Program-made: the position numbers and the translations under genes | Origin: Vezdaea acicularis | Lineage: Eukaryota | Direction of reading: 5' to 3' | Assembly: GCA_026025075.1 (NCBI GenBank) | Contig: JAPEUI010000135.1 | Span: 1 to 40,150, forward strand | Length of the DNA: 40,150 nt | Shown here: positions 23,124 to 34,595 of the stretch, in pieces | Position numbering within the stretch: the first letter of the stretch is position 1 | How the letters are laid out: each line of letters begins with the position of its first letter | The notes under the pieces: model-generated | Databases searched by the model: none | What the model saw: the letters and a program-made list of their open reading frames with translations, nothing else | Told to the model about the DNA's origin: nothing

Positions 23124-24349
23124 CTAACAACCACGCTTTCGCTTTCGATTCGCACTTCCAGTTGCTTTCTCTGTTGTAGAAGATGGCTCCTTAGCCGTCA
23201 TGCTTCTCGTTACTCTCCTTGTTGTAGATGATGGCTTCTTAGCCTGCGAACTTCTCTGCTTCCTTGGTTTCTTCCCGCTCGGCGCAGCACGCGTCTCATC
23301 CCCTCCTCTGCTCCCTGGCTTGACTTCCTCTTTTGGCTTCTTCAGTGCATCCGCAAGCTCTTCAGCATACTGATCAGTCATCCCTTTAGTTTTTACGTAT
23401 CGAACACTGCTGATCTGTTTTAGTGGCTCAAGAATCCGCTCGTCCTGCTCCATATACTTATCTCCGAAAGTAGCTCTGGTGTATCACAGTCGTCAGTATT
23501 AGATGGTCCCAGTCCCCCAACCGTTTGCCTTCATAGAAGGCCAGTGATTATATACTGACCTTGGATAGCTTGGTTCCGGCCATTCGACCCACCTCGTCGC
23601 ATCATACAACAACTTCAACTCGACTTGCCGCAGATTACATTCCTCTAACGTCTTGCCCATCTTCTCCAGGGCTACAATCAGTGCAGGTCGTTGACGCACA
23701 TAAATAGTCTTGTCATCTTCCCAGCGTTCGAAGGCAACACTAATCACTACGCTTCTCAAGAGCGGTAGCACCTTCGGCTGGATATTGTCAAGACCTGATA
23801 CGACGGGCGGAGCGCGAACAGCAGGCCAGGCAACGGCGTCGACGCGTAACAGGAAGCGGTTGATATTGTAGAAGCAAATGGAGGCTTCGTAGCTTACCTG
23901 ACGACTGACCAGGAAAATAGGGAGTTCAAACTTATTGGACAGGAACGAGCGCTCGTGGGAGGTGAAATTCTTGAAAGTCTCGAAACCGGCCATGTTGAAG
24001 GGCCGATGCGGCCACTTATCACGCACCCTCTGGGCGGCTGTGACCCTGTTGTACCGCTTTGGCCTGGCAAATAGGAGACCTGGTTTCCAGACCAGGTACT
24101 CCAGTATTTGAGAGCGGATTTCATACGGTAGGTCCATGAAACGAAAAGGTGGCTTTCGCGTCTCAGCGTCACTCAACTCATGTGGGGAGGGTTGCACCTT
24201 ACAGGCTTGGTATCATCTTTCTTAGGCTTTCTATGGTGTCGAAGACGGGAGCCTGAACCGCGTTGATTCTCTTTCTTCCGACGACGACGGGAGTGGACAG
24301 CCGTCGTGGACTGAGCCAATGCAATACTTTCGGGTGCCACTTTAGGCAT
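23124..24349 (-). CDS. Hypothetical protein with F-box-like motif, ~363 aa; exons 24349-24203, 24152-23560, 23475-23124
   Basis: PFRFMDLPYEIRSQILEYL F-box-like start and IFLVSRQVSYEASICFY..NRF, a pattern common in uncharacterised fungal proteins. Introns 24202-24153 (GTAAGG..AAG) and 23559-23476 (GTCAGT..CAG) keep the frame. An alternative in-frame ATG is at 24370. Both termini are basic. Confidence 0.75.
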
Positions 24350-25232
24350 GTGTCTATGTCCTTGAGCCATGGTTCCTTTCACAACATGGAGCCAGGAAGA
24401 GCCAAGGTAGAAGAGATTTGAGCAAATTGAGGAGAGGAAAAGATTACGGCAATTTAGGGCAATGCAGCAGCATGCAAGAAATCGAACCAATCGATAGACC
24501 TATCGCTAAGTCCCGAACGCGACCTGGATTTGCACAGCAACCGCTCCAAGGTGTGAAGAAAGAGGAAGCAAGATCAAAGCAATGTGGATACTCTATTTCA
24601 GAACGTAGAGCTTAAGGCGCAAGGGTTTGAGTTTTTAGGATGAGGGTGGGAAGACAGGAGTTTATAAGCACTCACAAAGGCCAATAATTTGGCAGCACAT
24701 TCGAGAACAATAACCCAACTATCGCGGGAAGGAAAAGGGAGTCAATGTGAAACGACTATTGTATTGCTACAATAGAAAGCTTAGATCCGACTATTGTTAG
24801 TCTACCTTTTTGCAGCCTGAATAAGCTTCATGCCTTGCATGGGCGCTGCGAAACGGCGCGGACACCTGCCTGATTGGCTCGCTAAGCCCTACAAAGCTCC
24901 ACTTTGACCAGCCACCAGCGAAACGTTTCATATTGTCAATAGCTTCACGTCGATAGACTTGAAACAACCATGAAAGGTGCAAGCATCCACCCCTAAACGT
25001 GGACGAGTCGCCACAGAGCAATTCAATGCAATAGGACGTGCTTCGGTTGGAGTAAAAGTCATGGTTGTCTTCAAAGCGTAAACTTACAGTGTTGGGTTAT
25101 GATTTGATTGAGGTCGAAATCATGATCAACTCCTTTTATCCATCATGCACGATCAAGTTGTCCCGTGAAAACCCGCCTGTTTCCGCAAACTCCATCCAAT
25201 GCAGTGATACCTTCTGATGCCCATCCAAACCC

Positions 25233-26394
25233 TCACCTTACAATTAGAGCAGCATTCGGAACAAGTCCAGCCTCCTTTAATGTTAGGCCAAAGTCGACAC
25301 CAGCCGTGTAAACCTTTTTAGGAAAATTCAACATGAAGCTTGAGACCTGCATGCCATTCTCCCCTTCAATAGCTGCTGCGACCTCAAATAATGTCGTATC
25401 AACCGGGAAGGACTTTTGGATATTGCCATCCGGTGTACGCAGCCTCAAGGTTGACTCAGTGTATGTCGGGGCAGGTTTCGGAGCAGTGGGCGTGGAAGCT
25501 TTGGGAATTGGGGCTGCGACCGGGGCTGATGGGACCTCACGACCTTCCCGCTCTGCTTTTTCCTTCTCGGCCTTGAGACGGCGCTCTTCTTGATCTGCCT
25601 TGATCTTGGCGCGTATACGCTCCTTTGCCACAATAGCGTCTTGTTTCTCCTTGCGTTTAGCTGCAGCCTCTTTGAGCTGCTCTTTCTTCTTGAGGTCTTC
25701 CTTGATATCCTGAACTTCTTTGGTAGATTTTCTTCGAATGGCCTGTGGAACTATAGCGTTAGAATATACTGAGGATGACTCCAGAAGAGATACATGAGGT
25801 ACTGGCTTACGTCGTTCTTTCTCTTCTCTTCCTTCTCCACCTCGGACTGACCGGCTCGCTTAGCAATCAACTTTTGTCTCAATTCCTCAAGCCTTGCTTT
25901 CTTCTCCTCCTCTGTAAGCGGTGCAATCTCTTCCGTCGACTCTGAGAAGTTGATGTGCTCGCTAGAAGGTGATGGGAGTTAGTGATGGCCGGAACAAGAG
26001 TAATCCTGACAGCAAAGGTGATGAGACTAACGTTTTTGACGCGTGAAACTCAGCTTGCGCCTGACTGCGAAACTTCTTGCCACAATCATTGCACTTAAGG
26101 CTTTGAGCAACTTCCCCCGCCTTCAATGCTGGCGGCTCAGCATTAGGATTATCTTCATCGTGAGAGCCTGTAGGAGCTTTGATCTCGTCCAGAGACTTTT
26201 CTTGGTTTGCCTCTAACCACTCAAGAGCTCCTTGCACTGTCAACCATGATAGTTAGTTGACCAAAGACTCGTGGGAGTTCCGCTCCGAGAACCTGAGAGA
26301 ATGACCTACAGCCGCCGGTCTTTTTCACTGCAAGCTCCGCGCGCTCTTTCTCAAACCCCATATCCAACAGAACTGTCAGGTCTGAAGACGCCAT
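25233..26394 (-). CDS. UBA - C2H2 zinc finger - coiled coil - UBX domain protein (UBXN1-like Cdc48/p97 cofactor), ~316 aa; exons 26394-26310, 26236-26032, 25961-25811, 25742-25233
   Basis: UBA-like LLDMGFEKERAELA...QGALEWL. Zinc finger CNDCGKKF...AEFHASKTEH. UBX with LRLRTPDG, NFPKK and LKEAGLVPNAALIV. Three canonical introns give an intact frame. Confidence 0.92.
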
Positions 26395-27054
26395 GTCGTG
26401 AAAATTTTGTAACAGGGGGGTGATACGAGTAAATGTCTCCTTATAAGCACGCTTATTAGTGAGGATTAGAAAGTTTGCGAATGATGATCTGACTTATTTT
26501 GTAATCGACAGCCTCTCTAGGATGACCGCCGTCGGCCTAGTTCGCCGGAATGCCCTGTGCAATGCTAAGGCACGCGAAGACAAGTCAGGCAAGGTTGCAG
26601 TAAGATGTCTAGTTGCTAACATGTACTTCAAATCAGAACTTATGGTAATGTTGTCCGGCATGGCAAGCACGGCCAGTTACGTAGGAAGTCCTCCACGTCT
26701 CGCTTAGATCACCTCATTGGTGTTGGTGGGCCTTCACTCACATAAGCCACAGGCCACGGCAACGAGTCAACCTACACCTGGGGACTTGGGATGTGCGGTT
26801 GTCTGCATTCTTGAAAGTTGACATCATCGTTGTATATCGCAAAATCCTCCTATTGAGTCGCAAGTTGGATTTAGCACATATATGAAAGCTTTTACCTGCG
26901 AATTCAACTAGACTAACCTCACTCTCATCATCGCCTTACCAATTGGAACTGCGGACGCTTCGTGGGCTGCCGAAGTCACCTCAATAAACACATTCAACTC
27001 TGATTTGCATGCGTTGAGACAAATTTGGAACATACAAAACTTGAGACCATCAGA

Positions 27055-28267
27055 ATGTCTGTCGAACTAATTCCCCAGGATCTTGGCTTTCGCCGTAAGT
27101 CTTCTTTCTGGTAATGCTTCTGAATACGGTAGATGCTTAAGGACACGCGACCTAGGCCCCTTCACGAGTGAAGTATCACAGACCTTACGACTGAAGAACC
27201 CCACCAATGATCCTGTCGCCTTTAAAGTATGTGAAAAGACATGCTACACCTTCCATATGTCGTTACTGCTGACTTTTTGATCTTGAGGTCAAAACAACAG
27301 CACCAAAACAGTAGGGACCCCACTGCCTTACGATGAGCTTAACGATTTTGGGTTTGACTTTTTGCAACCTAGATACTGCGTCCGTCCTAATTCGGGTCGT
27401 ATCGAGGCAGGGAAAGAAGTTGAAGTACAGGGTGAGCTCGAGGCTCTATCAGACCAGCTTGCGACTGCTCACGCTGTTTACAGTACTTTTACAAGCTATG
27501 AAGGAAGATCCACCTCTAGACACCAAATGTCGAGATAAATTTCTAGTACAGACTGTAGCTGTCACAGCCGATAAGGAGTTTTCCAATGTTGCGCAGATCG
27601 TAGGTGGTCAAGCAGTGCCAGGCATCTATGTTGCAATCCTAAGCCTAACTTCCATACAGTGGCAACATGTAGAAGCAACATCCAGGCAAGCTATTAAGGA
27701 GCAAAAGATTCGGGTTGTCTTTCTACCGGCAACTAGCAGTACGCCAACAACGAATCATGTAGGCAACGGCCCTGTAAGCTTTTTTATGCCTTCGAGCTCC
27801 TCATATGCTGACACCTATAGTACGCCGATCACGAAGCACATGGAGCCACTAGCGAGCCACCTGCCTACAATTCCTCGCCGCAATACAATACTCCCGCTCG
27901 GAGTGTTCCATCTGGTCCCGTCTCGAAGCCTGAATCTCGCCCCTCTGAGAGCAAGAGTCTTGGTCAAATCAAAGATTCTGCCACGAACCCTGCTACAGGG
28001 TCTAGTGGCAGTGGTATTGCCATTCCGACGACATTGGAAGAATACAAAGCAGAAGTTGCACGTCTTAAAGAACAGATCTTGGGTTTGACTAAAAAGGCAG
28101 ATGAAGGCCTTAGGCAAAGAGTGAAGTCGGAACCCCAGGGAATCGATCCAAGTGAACCTAACACTAGTACAACCGCTAGTGCGCAGCTTCCAACAGAGGG
28201 TGTGCCTCTACAAATAACAGCGGCTCTATGCTTGTTGAGTTTTCTGCTAGCGTATCTGTTTTTTTAA
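27055..28267 (+). CDS. SCS2: VAMP-associated protein (VAP/Scs2; MSP domain plus C-terminal TM anchor), ~289 aa; exons 27055-27094, 27156-27226, 27288-27310, 27373-27431, 27484-27599, 27660-27773, 27821-28267
   Basis: The spliced product restores the VAP signature FKVKTTAPKQYCVRPNSG and CRDKFLVQ. C-terminal tail anchor VPLQITAALCLLSFLLAYLFF. Confidence 0.93.
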
Positions 28268-28924
28268 AATGACATTTGACGAGTTAAGACTGAACAACGA
28301 TTTGTGACCAGAATATTTTAGCTCTTCGTTGGTCATCAGATGAGAGACCGCTATAGTCATTGCTTGAGACATGGTTAGGATCTTTCCCGGCTCTGGCTTT
28401 GTATCACCCCCATTGAATCTGTCATCCCCTGTCTCTTGTATTCGTTACTGGGTGGGGGACATAGACATGCTACTTACTGTACTCCTCAAAATCTGCTTCA
28501 AGTCTGGATAATCTGTCTCATGAATTCACTACAATCGGGTCTCGACTCTACCTTGATATTCTGAAAGAGGCCGGGCCTGAAGCGCCTACGTGCACCTTCA
28601 CCCTATCCCTGGAATTACGACGCCTAATCAATTCCGCAAGCCTTGAGCATTGTATAGACCGGTATTGCTGGAAGTAACGCTATCTTCCATCTTCTTGTAA
28701 TGAAACAACTACTTGCTGCACCTATCTTATGCTGTTTTCAGGAATGTGCAAGGACAGACCCCTTTCAGCGTAAGGAATGGAGAGCCACGTATACATTTCT
28801 CAAGTCGAAAAAGTCAAAAAAAAGTTTAATTATTCCTCTGGGTCTGCCTAGGGGTTATTCACAGTGGTCTAATCTAAGGTGCTAAGAATGTAATGCCACA
28901 CAAGAGGTTCTTAGGAGATACGTT

Positions 28925-30187
28925 TCACCTCCTTTGATGGATGATTGTACCCCCTCCTTCATCGACCCCCAGCTCTTCCTCCTTCCACCTAGTCCCACCA
29001 CCCACATTTCTACCAACCTGAGCGCGCTTGACCCGACACCAGAGCCCGACCTCTTCATCCCATATGAATTGCCAAATGACCATCACCCAGCTGTTATGAT
29101 GTGGTAGCTCTAAATAGAACTCCTTTGCAATCTTATGCAATGTGGGCAGACGGGACCAGGGGATAGCTGGAAAGTCGTGATGTTCATTGTGTAGCCCGAC
29201 ATTGTAAGTTAATGCATTAAGAGGGCCGTAGTAGGAGTATGTCTCTGGCACAGGTATAAGCGCCGTTGGATCTTTTGCAGATGCAGGTTGTTTATCGAAC
29301 ACATAATGTTCAGCGATGAAGTGGCCTGCGCAAGGGTGGAGCGAGCCTGCCAGAAAAGAGCTCAAAATCAGATATGCTAATGCCTTGCTGCCAGCAAACT
29401 TAACGATAGCAGAGTTAAAGGCTATCTGTACGATTACGTTGAGCAGATGAATCTTAGTGAGAGGAAGCTGGTAAACCATCATTGGTCGTAGAGCGTAGAA
29501 AAGGATTTGAAAGGTGCAGAAGAATGCCTTGCCGAGCACGGAGTCGAGGAAAAAGGCTTCAAATGCGGTAGGAAGGTCGGTATCGAGGCCGTCAACGCCA
29601 AGGGACTTGTGATGTGTGAGGTGGTAGGGCTAATAGACTTCAATCAGCTCATACATTGGAAAGTATGACGGTGTAATTCTGACCCTGAAAGAAGCACTAT
29701 AGGGAATGCCAATTGGTAGGTTGGCAAATATCGCGAAGAGCCTGTTTGCCAGCGGGTTTCTGAACGCTAAGTTGTGCGATATCTCATGAATAGCAAGGAA
29801 CAAGTTCTGGTTTGCTGTTGCACCGACGACGTAGGCGGTAAGGCAGAATTGCCATGACATTATTGGGGACTGTGCCAGAAGGTATGCGCAGGATATTTGT
29901 AGAGCTACAACAATCACAACCAGATACTTTGTTAGGGGTTCAGGACCACATAATTTGGTGACCTGAGTTTTGATTGTAAGCACATGTCTATTGATAATAT
30001 ATTACGGGAGGGGCTTGGTGACGCGTACCTCTGGATGTGCCTTAATGATTGCCTGCCGTCGTGTTCTGTGAGGTTCTTCAGTGTAGGACCAGAAGAATTG
30101 GTCATTCCCGTGAGTGCTCTCGTCTTTGGGGCCTCTGGCACTACTGATGGATTGATTGTCTTGCATGGCTCTCTTCGATATTGTCAT
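28925..30187 (-). CDS. DES1: Sphingolipid delta(4)-desaturase / dihydroceramide desaturase, ~380 aa; exons 30187-30029, 29962-29684, 29629-28925
   Basis: N-terminal FFWSYTEEPHRTRRQAIIKAHPEV and three His boxes: HEISH, HLTHH, HNEHHDFP. Confidence 0.95.
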
Positions 30188-30777
30188 ATCTCCCTTGGAG
30201 GCAATTCCCGAACAGGTAAGGTGCGCTGATTATGAAAGCTGGCTCAATATGGAGGAGCCAAGCTTGGAGGAAGTTTCTGATTTTGTTGGATCAATTTCAT
30301 TTTTGCTCGATATCAATCACGCTCAGGGATTTGCAGGAACCATTTGAGTATGCCTTAAGGTTTAGGTACATGTACGCGACGATCCACGGGCTTCGAGTTA
30401 AACGATTTCCGACTCAAGTAGAACCGTTAAGTTCATCGGGCGTTCGTCCAAGTAGCTAAATTGCCCCAACTTGAGTTTTTGGCCCTAAGCATAAAGACGA
30501 TTTGGATGTATGTATATGATGCTGGGGTGTCTTAGTAAATGTGATTCACTCTCAAGACACTTGGCGATTTTTTTAAAGCAACCAGGCATGCGGACTGCTC
30601 AGCTTCATAGTGTTGCTACGCCCAACTTTCCCAGGTCATTTCACCTAGAACATCTACTAGGTTAATTATTCGGTCTCCAAACGTGCTCATTGTGATCAAG
30701 CTATACAGAACGAAGCTATAGTCGAAAGAGGTTACATTCGTACTGCGTTCATCAAAGGTCTCGAGTGATTACGCAAT

Positions 30778-31818
30778 ATGCCTAGTTCAAGGGTCCTTGT
30801 GGTTCCTGCGGTCAAAAAGCATACTGCCACTGTAATCATGGCTCATGGGCTCGGTGATAGGTTGGTCTCAACAGAAGCAAGATGGCCCAAAGCTGACAAT
30901 GAAATAGTGGTGCGGGGTGGTATTTCACCCTTCTTAGATTCCCAAGAAACATAAGGCTCATCATGTCAGGGTGGACTTAGCCAAGAACTGGCGTCGCCGT
31001 TCTAAGTTCGAAGAGGTAGCTTTTATATTTCCGAGTGCTCCAAGTATTCCGATCACCGTGGTGAGTGATGCGATTTGGCTTATTGCTACGAATGCTGACT
31101 CCGGCTAGAATATGGGCATGATGATGCCAGGATGGTACGACATAGTAAGATCTCGAAGTGGTGACCCTCATATCGTTCGTTGCTCTGCAGGACAGGCTTG
31201 CGCTATGATCCATGTGCTCTAGCTGCCGTGTGTCCATGATAACTTATGCTAAATCTTTCTCCCCCTCAGGCTACCTTCGCTGATGTACGAGAAGCTGAAG
31301 ACGAACCGGGAATCATTCGCTCCCAAAAATACTTCCATGAATTGATTCAGAAGGAGCAGGATGAAAAACATATACCTTCTTCGCGAATAGTGCTCGGAGG
31401 TTTCTCTCAAGGTGGATCTATTGCTATTGTTAGCGGCATCACTTGCCCTCAAAAGCTAGGTGGCATATTTGGGCTCTCCAGCTACATACTCTTGAGAGAT
31501 AAGCTCCGGAGCATGATTCCTGAAGGAAATCCGAACCAGGGCACGCCAATCTTTATGGGCCACGGTGATGCGGACGCTGTTGTCAAATACGAATGGGGTG
31601 TGCTAACATCGGAATGGCTGAGGAAGGAGGGCTGGCCAGTAGAGTTCAAGACATACACGTGAACAAAGATCGTATCCATGAATAAGTAAATGGAGACTGA
31701 CTTTATCTTCAGGGATTTGGCCCATTCAGCAGACATTGCAGAAATCGACGATCTTGAAAAATATCTTAAGGAGAGGCTGCCTCCTCTGGAAGAGATCGAA
31801 ACTTCAGCGAGGCAGTAA
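30778..31818 (+). CDS. APT1: Acyl-protein thioesterase 1 (phospholipase/carboxylesterase family), ~238 aa; exons 30778-30860, 30908-30919, 30970-31060, 31109-31144, 31270-31658, 31713-31818
   Basis: HTATVIMAHGLGDSGAGW, FPSAPSIPITVNMGMMMPGWYDI, and the catalytic triad GFSQG / HGDADAVV / LAHS after splicing five introns. Confidence 0.93.
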
Positions 31819-32995
31819 GTACTTGGCACGTAGAATATAGATAGTACTTAGGTGGTGGACTCGAGCACGTTTGCATTGGCGTTATATACACTATGCTACC
31901 TCTCAGGAGCAAGCCTCAAATCCCGCCAAAAGAAGCTAAGAAAGATTATCAACCTTATATCATGACAATAAATCACTAGCTTGTTGACAAGACGTCTTTG
32001 CCGTTGTGCCAAGTCTCCCTACATACACAAGGCAGGTTTTCTAAGTTGCTCTATGAAGCTTGTTCATCAGATACCATAACGCAAATCGTGGTCGTCAAAA
32101 GAGCACTCCGAAGAGGCCACTCAGTGCTTGACTCTATGATCGTTATATCATCACTTGAACTTCAGAGTCTGACCTGTCTGACCAGGCTTCCTGGCACGCC
32201 CCTTACTTGTCATAGGAAGAGCATCGATGCCCGCTTTGCATATAAGCTACAGACCCAGCATTGTAAATGGCTCCTCGCATCAAGAATAAGCCCCATCGAG
32301 TTACCCATAGCGCCCCCCATAAAGGGACCCAAGAGCAATCGCATAACTATCAACCGTGACGAAAGGTCCTCACTTCCAATAGCCCTTCAACAAGCCTCCC
32401 TCGACCAACCCCGACCTCCAGCTATATCGATCCCATGCCTAGGTAGATCGATGGACAGAACAGAGCTCGGACTCGTCTCCTCATCCAAAGGGGCTCTTTT
32501 CTTCATCGAAACCTGGACTAGGGCGCGACACAGATGTACAAACGGCTTGAGTGGCAAGGAAAGGGAAGTAAAGGTTGGACAAGGCCGCTTTGCTTTAATG
32601 GCGGGGTGTTTCCACAAGCCTCATTTAAGAGGATGTCCGGGGACTTTCTCCCAAAGTGCTATGTGCAATGACAAATAGATGAGAGGTACGAAACGTCTCT
32701 GTTTGTGAACTTTGACTGCGATTCTTTGAGCGAGGAGTGACGAGGAAAATCTTGAAGCGCAGCCAAAAATTTCTCTTATGGACCATAGTGCACCAGCGTT
32801 AGTGAAAAAAGCTTGGCGCGTTCTAGCGAGGTGCAACAGCGCGTTCGAACTTCAACAGGCATCCCCGATTATCCACAGCGCAGACCGTCTGATTTTCCCA
32901 TGTTTCTTGAGATTTTCCTCCTTGCCAACCTACTCAAGAACAGCGGTTGATCTAGGTAGTATTCCGACACCCAGCGCCTTACCTATATCCCTAGA

Positions 32996-34149
32996 ATGTC
33001 GGGCATTTTTGGCGGCACAGCTTCAGGCTCGACAGCTGCCAATGCCACTCAAGGCGACACCTCAAAGGATGTGGCCCTGACAAATCCTCCAGAAGACAGC
33101 ATCTCGGATCTTTGCTTTTCTCCGCAGGCAAATCATCTTGCCGTATCATCATGGGACAAGAAGGTCCGCATATACGAAGTCCAGGACGGAGGACAAACTA
33201 TGGGCAAGGCGTTATACGAACATGAAGGGCCAGTACTGAGCTGTCACTGGTCTAAAGTAAGTCCTCAGCCTTTTAAGCGTGCTATATCGGTTGAGATGAA
33301 TGTTGAAAATTGCTAAACTTTGCTTAGGACGGCAGTAAGGTGGCTAGCGGAGGTGCTGACAAGGCTGGTCGTGTCATAGACCTAGGCAGTGGCAGTACTC
33401 AACAAGTAGCTGCACACGACGAACCTATCAAGTGCATACGCTGGGTAGATGTCCCTAATTCTGCACAGCAAATGCTTGTCACAGGTTCTTGGGATAAGAC
33501 TATCAAATACTGGGACCTTCGAGCACAACAGCCTGTCGCCTCAGTACAATGCCAAGATAGAGTCTACGCACTTGATGTCAAAGACAAACTCTTGGTCGTG
33601 GGGACTGCTGATCGATATATCAATATAATTAGCCTGAGTGATCCGGCTAAATTTTACAAGACGATGCAATCCCCACTGAAGTGGCAAACCAGGGTTGTGT
33701 CATGTGTGATAGATGCGTCTGGATTCGCTGTTGGTTCCATCGAGGGACGATGCGCTTTTCAGTATGTCGAGGAAAAGGACGCCTCCTCAAACTTCAGTTT
33801 CAAATGTCATCGCGAAACACCTCCCAATGCACGAGACATCTCAAACGTTTATTCAGTTAATGCTATATCCTTTCATCCTGTTCATGGGACATTCAGCACA
33901 GCGGGTAGCGACGGTACATTTCATTTTTGGGACAAGGATGCTAAACATCGCCTGAAAGGTTACCCAAACGTGGGTGGCACAATTAGTGCAACAAATTTCA
34001 ACAGGGACGGAAATATCTTTGCGTACGCCGTGAGCTATGATTGGAGCAAAGGCTTCAGTGCGAATAACCAGAATTACCCAAATAAGGTCATGTTGCATCC
34101 TGTAGCGCCGGACGAGTGTAAACCAAGGCAACCGCCGAAGAAGAGATAG
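32996..34149 (+). CDS. RAE1: Poly(A)+ RNA export factor Rae1/Gle2 (WD40), ~360 aa; exons 32996-33256, 33328-34149
   Basis: PPEDSISDLCFSP, SWDKKVRIY, SPLKWQTR, GSIEGRCA, FSFKCHR, WDKDAKHRLK and YAVSYDWSKG. Intron 33257-33327. Confidence 0.96.
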
Positions 34150-34595
34150 TGCAGTGCACGGCGGTGCTTTGGATTATGGGTCAGGACCAAGAATGGAGCA
34201 AGACGGAACTTGAAAGATATATTGCATTTGAATGTTGGCTACAAGGGACACAGGGGGCCTGGTCGGTGCACTGTCATCGGTTGTCACATAGCAAGACGGC
34301 CATAAGCATGGCGTTATGATGGCTGCAAATTAGCGTTTATTCTAAAAAAGAATAGAAAACACATATCCAAATACCCAGTTTGCCATGTCTTCTACTTTTC
34401 ATCATAGACGAACATGCGATAGCTTAGAAATCCGAGAAAACAATCCCGTCGTTGAAGATGAAGATACCTTAATGCTAATAAAACACCCCTGATGTGTCAG
34501 AAAAGGAGCGACGCCATTGTATATATATATACACCCGCACCATAAACACTCCTCCAGGGTAACATACTGGTCCATTCTCAGCATTAATCATGATC

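Noticed and set aside
27333..28088. 251-aa ORF within the SCS2 locus as an independent gene
   Set aside because: It is read-through of SCS2 introns and exons; the spliced model explains the conserved segments.
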